Source: Candidatus Eiseniibacteriota bacterium
Lineage (GTDB): Bacteria > Eisenbacteria > RBG-16-71-46 > JABDJR01
Assembly (NCBI GenBank): GCA_963783375.1
Contig: CAWANH010000029.1
Location: 832,001-896,000 of the forward strand
DNA: 64,000 nucleotides
Direction of reading: 5' to 3'
Under the pieces are notes generated by a model that searched no databases, was not told the DNA's origin, and saw only the letters and a list, made by a program, of their open reading frames with translations. A program made the translations under genes and the position numbers. Positions 40,029-47,682 of this stretch are shown here, in pieces. Position 1 is the first letter of the stretch, and each line of letters begins with the position of its first letter.

Positions 40029-41021
40029 CTAGCCCCCCGACCGCGCGTCCCAGGCCGCGAGGAGCTTCGCCTCGCGATCCGCGGTGAGGCCGGACTTGAG
40101 GGTGGTGCCGGGCGGGCGGCTCATGTCCCAGGCCAGGGTCTCGCGCACGACCTGAACCGTGGAGCGGAAGGCGAGGCCGTCCCCGAGCGCCCGGTCGATG
40201 TTGACGGCCAGGATTCCCCCCTCCTCGGGCGGCGGCACCAGGGGAATCTCGCTCCAGAGCTCCGCCTTCTGATCGACCAGGAACTCCACCGGCACCCACT
40301 CCGGCTCGGCGTTGCTCCCGCTCACCTCGCGGCAGATCCGGAACAGGTCCCCCATGGCCACCGGCTCCCGGGGCCCGGTCACGTTGAACACCCCGGTCCG
40401 CCGGCCTTCGGCCATGCGGAGGAGCCAGGCGGCCTGGTCGGAGGCGTGGATGACCTGGACCGGAGCGTCCTGCGGGGCGGGCGCGAGGTACCGTCCCCCC
40501 GTCGCGATCCGCCGCACCCAGTAGGTGAACCGGTCGGTGGGATCGTAGGGGCCGACGATCAGCCCGGAGCGGGCGATGAGCACCCGGCCCGGCATGGCGC
40601 GCTCGGCCGCGGTCTCGCAGAGGGCCTTCAGGGCGCCGTAGGTCTCGCCGGTGATCTCCTCGGTGGCCGGGTCGTCCAGGGTCGCGACCTCGGCGCTCTC
40701 GTCCATGTCGGGGGTGAACTTCCGGTACACCGAGATGCTGGAGACGAAGGTGTAGTGCTCCACCTTCTCGGCCAGGTACTCGGCCGAGGCGCGGACCAGC
40801 CGGGGCAGGTAGCCGCAGGTGTCGATCGCCGCGTCCCAGCGGCGGCCGTTCAATTTCTCCAGCCCGCCGTCCCGATCCCCGAGCACGTGCTCGGCGCCGG
40901 GGAAGAGATCCGCCCCGGTCTTCCCGCGATGGAAGAGGGTCAACTCGTGACCTTCGGCGAGGGCGATCTCCGCCAGGTGCCGTCCCAGGAAACGGGTCCC
41001 ACCGATCACCAGGAGCTTCAT
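40029..41021 (-). CDS. NAD-dependent epimerase/dehydratase (extended SDR)
   Basis: GGTRFLG, FVSSISVY, YGALK, GPYDPTDRFTYW. Confidence 0.9.
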   Translation of the reverse strand: MKLLVIGGTRFLGRHLAEIALAEGHELTLFHRGKTGADLFPGAEHVLGDRDGGLEKLNGRRWDAAIDTCGYLPRLVRASAEYLAEKVEHYTFVSSISVYRKFTPDMDESAEVATLDDPATEEITGETYGALKALCETAAERAMPGRVLIARSGLIVGPYDPTDRFTYWVRRIATGGRYLAPAPQDAPVQVIHASDQAAWLLRMAEGRRTGVFNVTGPREPVAMGDLFRICREVSGSNAEPEWVPVEFLVDQKAELWSEIPLVPPPEEGGILAVNIDRALGDGLAFRSTVQVVRETLAWDMSRPPGTTLKSGLTADREAKLLAAWDARSGG

Positions 41022-41092
41022 GCGTGGTCTCCTCCGGCCGTCACCGGCGGCCGCTCATGGGTTCGAGCACGGGACACCGGAGCCCGCGCCGA

Positions 41093-43216
41093 TCATTGGT
41101 TCGCCGGCAATGCGCCCGCTTCCGCGCCGGCGGGCACCGGCCCCCGGTCGCAGTAGATGCCACCCCGGCGCTCGCCGAAGCCTCGGGGCGGAGCGTACCG
41201 CCCTTCCGCCAGCTTTCGCGCCAGGTCCGAGAGCCGGTCCCCCGACCCGAAGGTTCCCGAGAGGTCCACGAAGATCGCCACCCCCGGGGCGCGGCGGCGC
41301 CAAAGGTTTCCGCCGCGGCTGTCCACGAACCCGATCGAACGGTTGAGTTCATTCTCTTCGTAGAGTCCGAAGCCGTTCTCCCCGGCCAGATCCACGAACC
41401 AACCCGCTCCCTGGCGGAGGCTCACGCCCAGGGACGACCCTCGGCCGGGGTTGTACGTGTCCGCCCCCTCGGCGTCCAGGAATATGCCCAGACCCAGATC
41501 GTCGCCGAATCCCAGGCCCCAGTTGGCCAGGTAATAGTCCGCCCCGGTAAGGTTCACGAGGATCCCCGCCCCCATCCTCTCCCCGCACCCCATCCCGCGC
41601 CCGGCGGCGATAGAGCTATCTCGCCCGGCGAGGTCCACCAGCGCCCCCAGGCCGAAGTCGCGCCCGAAACCCTGCACACCGTACCCGGCCTCGTAGGTGT
41701 CGTCGCCGGCCGCGTCCACCAGGAACCCCAGCCCCCCGGCGGGAAAGGGCCCGATCGCCGCCGCCGCCCCCTGGACCGCCATTTCGGTTGTGTCGCCCCG
41801 GGTGCTCCAGGGGAACTCCTTCAACCTCCCAACCCAGTAGCGGTCTCTCCCCCCCAGGTCCAACAGCAACCCCAGCCCCCGCCATCCGCCGAACCCCTGG
41901 CCCATGCCGAATCCGTTGACCGGCTCGTCTCCGGTGATCTCGAAGCGGTCGTTCCCGGCCCGGTCCAGGAGGATCCCCATGCCGTAGACCGCCGCCCCCT
42001 GGGAGAGCCACTGGCCGCGATACAAATCATCCCCCCCGTCGTCCTCGATCCAGCCCACCCCGCCGAAGCCGAATCCCGAGCCCCAGGCCGTGGCCTCGTA
42101 GACGTCGTCGCCGGCCCCGAGGTCCACCACCGCCGCGTACCCCAGGATCGCGCCTCCCGGGCCCGCCCGCCCCGAGTCCGCGGCGGCGTAGCGGTCGTTT
42201 CCGCCGAGGTCCACCACCACCGACGCCGGTTCGTCCCCCGAAGCGGACCCCGGACCCTCGTAGACATCGTCACCGCCGAGGTCCAGCACCAGGAGGTAGC
42301 TTCCGTGGTAGCGGTTGGCGCCCGCTCCCCCCACCGCGACCCGCCCGAGGGGCGAGGCCCAGTCGAACTGGAACTCGCTCTCCGCCGCGGGGAGCGCGGC
42401 CAGGGCGGCCGACGCGGTGTCCACCTCCCCCGCCAATCGCACCGCCCCGCGAGTGAGCGCGCGAAGATCCAGGCTCGAAAGCTCCCGCTCGAGTTCCCGG
42501 GTGTCATCCTCCGCGGTCTCATCCCCCTGGACCACCACCCCCCGGAGCGCCGCCGCGGTCCGTTTCCCCTTCGCCCCGAAGATCCCGCCCCGCTCCAGCT
42601 CCGAGCGGTCCACCTCGCGGTTCCGCCGCACCGCGGCCGCCCGGGAGGCCAGGATCAGCGCAGCCAGCTCCCGCGCGGTCGCCGGAGCCAGGGTCGCCTC
42701 CTCGCGGGTCACCGTCTCGCGGTCCTTTCCCTGGAACCGTTTCCCGGTCCCGGTGAAGAGCGCCTCCATGGCGGTGGTGACCGGGGTGGATGACGACTGC
42801 ACCGCCCGCTCCTCGGCCGCGAGCACGGTGTCGGGGAGCGGAGCCACCGAGACCTCGGGCTCCCCCAGGTCGGCGAGGAGCGCCATCACCCCACCCACCG
42901 ACGACGCCCGCGCCAGCTCCCGGGCCGCCCCCTCCAGGGTGGCCGGGGCCCGGCCGGGCTCGTCCATCACGTACTTCTGGAAACGGAGCCGCCCCGCCGG
43001 CTCCCCCATCAGCGCCAGCGCGGCGGGGTCGACGCGGAACGCTTCGGGCGTCGTGCCGTCCAGCGCGGCCAGCGTGTCGAGCACCGCCCGAAGGCGCGGG
43101 GAGTCGCATACCAGCGTGTCGGCCGCGGTCCCCGGGGGGGAAGCCTCGGGGGCGCGGACGGCGGAGCCGAAGGCCAGCACGAGCCCCAGGAAGACCGAAG
43201 CCGCTCCGCGACTCAA
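41093..43216 (-). CDS. Exported protein with about 12 tandem (G/A)hhhDxxGxDxY repeats
   Basis: Signal-like N-terminus; repeats LDLGGDDVY, VDLGGNDRY, DLGAGDDVY, EDDGGDDLY, LDRAGNDRF, LDLGGRDRY, VDAAGDDTY, LDAEGADTY; TTGA overlap with plsC. Confidence 0.8.
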   Translation of the reverse strand: MSRGAASVFLGLVLAFGSAVRAPEASPPGTAADTLVCDSPRLRAVLDTLAALDGTTPEAFRVDPAALALMGEPAGRLRFQKYVMDEPGRAPATLEGAARELARASSVGGVMALLADLGEPEVSVAPLPDTVLAAEERAVQSSSTPVTTAMEALFTGTGKRFQGKDRETVTREEATLAPATARELAALILASRAAAVRRNREVDRSELERGGIFGAKGKRTAAALRGVVVQGDETAEDDTRELERELSSLDLRALTRGAVRLAGEVDTASAALAALPAAESEFQFDWASPLGRVAVGGAGANRYHGSYLLVLDLGGDDVYEGPGSASGDEPASVVVDLGGNDRYAAADSGRAGPGGAILGYAAVVDLGAGDDVYEATAWGSGFGFGGVGWIEDDGGDDLYRGQWLSQGAAVYGMGILLDRAGNDRFEITGDEPVNGFGMGQGFGGWRGLGLLLDLGGRDRYWVGRLKEFPWSTRGDTTEMAVQGAAAAIGPFPAGGLGFLVDAAGDDTYEAGYGVQGFGRDFGLGALVDLAGRDSSIAAGRGMGCGERMGAGILVNLTGADYYLANWGLGFGDDLGLGIFLDAEGADTYNPGRGSSLGVSLRQGAGWFVDLAGENGFGLYEENELNRSIGFVDSRGGNLWRRRAPGVAIFVDLSGTFGSGDRLSDLARKLAEGRYAPPRGFGERRGGIYCDRGPVPAGAEAGALPANQ

Positions 43217-43959
43217 GACACCGGCTCCCGCGCCTGCGCTTCGGGAAGGCCGGAGAGGATCGCCTCGCGCACCCGGGCAGAGAGCGCGGGAATGTCCGCC
43301 CGGGTGAGCCCGGCGGTGGGAATGGGCGGGTGGATGATCACGGTGATCCGGCCCGTCCGCGGGAGAAGCTTCCGCTTCCCGAGGATCCGCCCGGTGTTCC
43401 GGATGGAGATCGGGAGGATGGGATAGCCGGTATCCACCGCCACGTAGAAGCCGCCCTTCTTGAACGGCAGGAGTCGCTGATCGGGCGAGCGGGTTCCCTC
43501 GGGGAAGACGGCCAGGGCGATCCCCTTCCGCATGCGGCTCACCGCCTGGCGAAGCGCGGTCACCGCCTGCTCGCGGTTTCCCCGGTCCACCTTGATGTGG
43601 TGGGAGGCCCCCAGGGCCCAGCCCAGGAACGGCGCGCGCACCAGCTCCCGCTTGGCCACGAAACGGACGGAGAGGCCCTTCAGGGCCACCACCGTGGCCG
43701 GGATGTCCAGGTAGCTTCGATGGTCGGCCATCATCACGCAGGCCTGGCCGAGGGGGAGGTGCTCCCGGCCCTCGGTCCGAACCGGGGCCAGGAAGCAGGC
43801 GAGCATGGTCCGGCTGTAGAGTTGCTGGGAGAACTCCATCCAAACCGCGTGGGGATCGAAGGGGGCGCCCACGAGATACAGGAGCCCGATGAGCATGCTC
43901 CAGATCGCCGCCCAGAAATAGGCCCACACCGCGAAGATCACCCGAGCCGCCACGTTCAT
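43213..43959 (-). CDS. plsC: 1-acyl-sn-glycerol-3-phosphate acyltransferase
   Basis: HRSYLD, FVAKREL, FPEGTRS, FKKG. Confidence 0.88.
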   Translation of the reverse strand: MNVAARVIFAVWAYFWAAIWSMLIGLLYLVGAPFDPHAVWMEFSQQLYSRTMLACFLAPVRTEGREHLPLGQACVMMADHRSYLDIPATVVALKGLSVRFVAKRELVRAPFLGWALGASHHIKVDRGNREQAVTALRQAVSRMRKGIALAVFPEGTRSPDQRLLPFKKGGFYVAVDTGYPILPISIRNTGRILGKRKLLPRTGRITVIIHPPIPTAGLTRADIPALSARVREAILSGLPEAQAREPVS

Positions 43960-44126
43960 GGTCGAAGACTTTCGGGGGAACCGCCGGAGCGGTCAAGGGA
44001 GGAACGGATCAAGCGAGGGGGCGGAGATGGAAATCTCCGCCCCCAGCGCGAGGGACCGGCGGAGAGAGGCCGGGCCTCCCCCCGCGTCGGAACCCGGACT
44101 TCCGCGGATCGCAGGCGCCCGCGGGC

Positions 44127-45053
44127 TCAGTACCCCAGCTCGCGGATGCTCGAGAGCACCTCGGCCGCCGACTTCCGGAGGGCGTCACCCTCGGCGTCGG
44201 TGAGCGGGAGCTCCAGGATCCTCTCCACCCCGCCCGCGCCCAGGATCACCGGCACGCCGACGTAGGTGCCCTCCACCCCGTACTGCCCGGTGCAATAGGC
44301 GGCGGCGGGCAGTAGGCGCTTGTTGTCGAGCAGGATGGCCTCGACCATCTGGGCCGCGCTGGCCCCGGGGGCGTAGAAGGCGCTTCCCGTCTTGAGCAAC
44401 GCCACGATCTCGCCCCCCCCCTTCCGGGTGCGCTCGACCAGGCGGTCGATGGTGGCCTGGTCCATGAGGTCCATGATGGTGACCCCGCTCACCGTGGAGT
44501 AGCGCGGGAGCGGTACCATGGAGTCGCCGTGCCCGCCCATCACCATGGCCTGCACGTCGACCGGAGCCACGTTCAGCTCGGCGGCGATGAAGGCGCGGAA
44601 GCGCGCGGAATCCAGCACCCCGGCCATCCCCATCACCCGGTTGGGCGGGAAGCCGGTGGTCTTCATCATGTGGTAGGTCATGATGTCGAGCGGGTTGGAG
44701 ACCACCACCACGAAGGCGTCGGGGGCGTTCTTCTTGATCTCGGCCCCGATGCTCCCCACGATCTCCGCGTTCTTGGTGAGGAGGTCGGTCCGGCTCATGC
44801 CGGGTTTCCGGGGGAAGCCCGCGGTCACCAGGACCACATCCGAACCCTTCAGGTCCTTGAAGTCGTTGCTGCCGGAGACCTTGGAGTTGTAGCCCCGCAC
44901 CGGGCCGGCCTCGAGCAGATCGAGCCCCTTCCCCTGGGGCACGCCGTCGACGATATCCACCAGAAGGACGTCGCAGAGCCCGCGATCGGCCAGGTACAGC
45001 CCCGCCGAGGCCCCCACGTTTCCGCCACCGCCGATCACGCTCACCTTCTTCAT
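44127..45053 (-). CDS. mdh: Malate dehydrogenase (LDH-like)
   Basis: IGGGGNVG, TAGFPRKPGMSRTDL, SNPLD, LDSARF, GGHGD. Confidence 0.96.
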   Translation of the reverse strand: MKKVSVIGGGGNVGASAGLYLADRGLCDVLLVDIVDGVPQGKGLDLLEAGPVRGYNSKVSGSNDFKDLKGSDVVLVTAGFPRKPGMSRTDLLTKNAEIVGSIGAEIKKNAPDAFVVVVSNPLDIMTYHMMKTTGFPPNRVMGMAGVLDSARFRAFIAAELNVAPVDVQAMVMGGHGDSMVPLPRYSTVSGVTIMDLMDQATIDRLVERTRKGGGEIVALLKTGSAFYAPGASAAQMVEAILLDNKRLLPAAAYCTGQYGVEGTYVGVPVILGAGGVERILELPLTDAEGDALRKSAAEVLSSIRELGY

Positions 45054-45158
45054 GATTCCTCCCCTCCCTTTCGAGGCTGGATGGTTGTCGTTCCCGCCGT
45101 TGAACCGGCGGGGACGTTCAAACTGTGCTCACCGATCTGACCCGTGTCTTCCGCCCCC

Positions 45159-45206
45159 AAACGAAAAGACCATGGCCCGCGGCGTCGGCCGGGCGGGGCA
45201 TGGTCT
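45159..45206 (-). terminator. Probable intrinsic terminator after rpmA
   Basis: AGACCATG..CATGGTCT stem followed by TTTCGTTT on the minus strand. Confidence 0.5.
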
Positions 45207-45261
45207 CATTCGACGTTTCGGACGGCGTGCGGCGACTCCCGCCGGGGAGGTCGCCGGTGGC

Positions 45262-45519
45262 TTACTCGGAGGCCTCTATCGAGACTTCCTTCCGATCCTT
45301 GCCCTTGCGCGCAAATGTCACCCGCCCGTCCACCAGGGCGAACAGCGTGTCGTCCTTGCCCCGCCCCACATTGACCCCGGGAAGGATCCGGGTGCCGCGC
45401 TGGCGCACGATGATGCTGCCCGCGGTGACCCGCTCTCCGCCGAAGGCCTTCACGCCGAGCCGTTGACTGTTGGAATCCCGGCCGTTCCGGCTCGATCCTA
45501 CACCTTTTTTGTGTGCCAT
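45262..45519 (-). CDS. rpmA: 50S ribosomal protein L27
   Basis: [21 protein letters not shown]. Confidence 0.98.
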   Translation of the reverse strand: MAHKKGVGSSRNGRDSNSQRLGVKAFGGERVTAGSIIVRQRGTRILPGVNVGRGKDDTLFALVDGRVTFARKGKDRKEVSIEASE

Positions 45520-45559
45520 GAGTCAGCTCCTGAACGCTTCAAAGGGTTCTGTCGGGCGG

Positions 45560-45871
45560 TCAGCCCTCGATGCCGTCGATACGAATCTCGGTGTAGTCCT
45601 GGCGATGCCCCCACCGGCGGCGATACTTCCGGCGGCGCTTGAACTTGCCCGCCACGAGCTTGGGGGTGCGGGCATGCTCCACGACCTGGGCGGAGACCGA
45701 GGCCCCCTCCACCGTCGGGGTACCCACCTTGACCGAGGTCCCGTCCTGGACCAGGAGGACCTCGTCGAGGGTCAGGGTGGCCCCTTCCTCGGCCTCGAGG
45801 AGGGGAACCCGGAGCACCTGGTCCTTTTCCACCCGGTACTGGAAACCGGCGACCTTGATGACTGCGAACAT
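45560..45871 (-). CDS. rplU: 50S ribosomal protein L21
   Basis: MFAVIKVAGFQYRV, VGTPTVEGA, GHRQDYT. Confidence 0.97.
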   Translation of the reverse strand: MFAVIKVAGFQYRVEKDQVLRVPLLEAEEGATLTLDEVLLVQDGTSVKVGTPTVEGASVSAQVVEHARTPKLVAGKFKRRRKYRRRWGHRQDYTEIRIDGIEG

Positions 45872-45947
45872 GAAACAAGCCTCCTCAAACCCGGGTCGAC
45901 CCGGGCCGATGGGCGAGACGCCCTGGGGTAAGGACAAAGCGGGGGGG

Positions 45948-45976
45948 ATGATACCAGCCCCCCCGGGCCGGGTCAA
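45948..45976 (-). promoter_or_regulatory. sigma70 promoter for rplU-rpmA
   Basis: TTGACC-N17-TATCAT with extended TG. Confidence 0.7.
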
Positions 45977-46088
45977 CGATTTGGTCCGGACCGGTTCCGG
46001 CCGGGCTCCGGATCCCCGGTCCCGGTCGTAACCGACCGCCCGGCACCAGGGTCCGGCCCCCCGCCGGAACCCCACCCACGCCTCCGGC

Positions 46089-47675
46089 TCAGGGCCGGAA
46101 GCGCTCGGTCACGTCCTCGTTGGTCCGGGGGAAGATGACCTTGACCTCCCCCCGCTTCAGCCGGGGGTCGTCCCGGACGTCGATCTGGAACTTGAACTTC
46201 TGCTCCAGCCGGGCCAGCCGGTCCGCGCTTTCCGCGAACAGGTGCTGGGCCATCTCCGGCGATACCCGAAGCTCGATCATCTTCTCCTGGGTGTTGACCC
46301 CGATCCGGTTCAGCAGGCGCTCGACCTTGAGCGCCACCGACTCCAGGCTCAGGACCTTGCCCAGCCCGGCGCAGCAGATGCAGTCGTTGGAGTAGTAGTG
46401 GAGAAGGCTCGGGCGTTCCCGCTGACGGGTCATCTCCACCAGCCCCAGATCCGACACCGCGAAGGTCTTGGTGCGGCTCCGGTCCCGCTTGAGGTTCTTC
46501 CGGAGCTCCTCCAGGACCGCCTTCTTGTTGGCCTCGGACTCCATGTCGATGAAGTCGAGGACGATGATCCCGCCGATGTCCCGGAGACGGAGCTGGCGGC
46601 CGATCTCCCGCGCCGCCTCGATGTTGGTCTTGAGGATGGTCTCTTCCTGGTTCTTCTTCCCCACGAACCGGCCGGTGTTGACGTCGATGGCCACCAGGGC
46701 CTCGGCCTGATCGATCACGATGTAGCCGCCCCGCTTGAGCCACACCTTCCGCTCGAAGAGCTTGTCGATCTCGGATTCGATGCGGAAGGCGTCGAAGATC
46801 GGGAGCTTCCCCCGGTACTGACGGACCCGGCTCACCAGGTCCGGAGAGACCGACTGGAGGTAGTCCCGCACCTCCTGGTAGACATCCGGCGAGTCCACCG
46901 CCACGTCGTCCACGTCCTCGGTGAGGATGTCGCGAATGAGCCCGGTGGCCAGGGAGAGTTCGCGGTGAATGAGGGCGGGAGACGGCGCCGCCGCGCACCG
47001 CCGCTCGATCTTCTTCCACTGCTTGACCAGGTACCCCACGTCCTCCCGGAACTCCTCCCGGGAGCGCCCCTCCCCCGCCGTCCGCACGATGAGGCCCGCG
47101 TTCTTGGGGCGGATGTCCTTCAGGATCTTCTTCAGGCGGTACCGCTCGTCCCGGCTGGGGATCTTGCGGGAAACCCCGATGTGGTCGGCGCCGGGCATGA
47201 ACACCACGTAGCGGCCGGGGAGGCTCACCTGCTGGCTCACCCGGGGGCCCTTGGTGGAGATGGGCTCCTTGGTGACCTGGACCACGACCTCCTGGGATTT
47301 CTGGAGATGGTCCTCGATCTTGGGGGCGCTTTCGCGCCGGGGCTTTCGACGGGGGGATCGTCCCCCGCGGCCGCCGCGGGCCGGCGCTCCTCCTCCGCTC
47401 TCCGGCTCGTCGTCGTCGTCGAGGAGATCCACGTCGCCCCCCACCAGGGAGGCGGCGAGGTCGGAGGCGTGGAGAAACGCGGTCTTGGCCAGGCCGATCT
47501 CCACGAAGGCGGCCTGCATGCCGGGAAGGACGGCGTTCACCTTCCCCTTGTAGATGTCCCCCACGATGCGGCGGTCATCGGGCCGCTCCACCAGGAGCTC
47601 CACGAGCTGCTTGTCTTCCAGGATCGCCACCCGGGTTTCCTTCGGGTCGGCGTTGATAATGATCGACTTCTGCAT
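46089..47675 (-). CDS. rng: Ribonuclease E/G family (Rng-size)
   Basis: GDIYKGKV..VLPGMQAAFV, QVTKEP..KGP, IDVNTG, DFIDM, CICCAGLG zinc-link region. Confidence 0.94.
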   Translation of the reverse strand: MQKSIIINADPKETRVAILEDKQLVELLVERPDDRRIVGDIYKGKVNAVLPGMQAAFVEIGLAKTAFLHASDLAASLVGGDVDLLDDDDEPESGGGAPARGGRGGRSPRRKPRRESAPKIEDHLQKSQEVVVQVTKEPISTKGPRVSQQVSLPGRYVVFMPGADHIGVSRKIPSRDERYRLKKILKDIRPKNAGLIVRTAGEGRSREEFREDVGYLVKQWKKIERRCAAAPSPALIHRELSLATGLIRDILTEDVDDVAVDSPDVYQEVRDYLQSVSPDLVSRVRQYRGKLPIFDAFRIESEIDKLFERKVWLKRGGYIVIDQAEALVAIDVNTGRFVGKKNQEETILKTNIEAAREIGRQLRLRDIGGIIVLDFIDMESEANKKAVLEELRKNLKRDRSRTKTFAVSDLGLVEMTRQRERPSLLHYYSNDCICCAGLGKVLSLESVALKVERLLNRIGVNTQEKMIELRVSPEMAQHLFAESADRLARLEQKFKFQIDVRDDPRLKRGEVKVIFPRTNEDVTERFRP

Positions 47676-47682
47676 CGAATCC

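Noticed and set aside
41300-42320. Repetitive DNA that could suggest a CRISPR or tandem array
   Set aside because: Repeats are degenerate, in-frame and protein-level; no identical direct repeats with spacers and no cas genes.
45054-45261. obgE absent after rplU-rpmA; multiple hairpins in the gap
   Set aside because: Common rearrangement; hairpins fit a terminator, and no tRNA or known ncRNA is recognisable.
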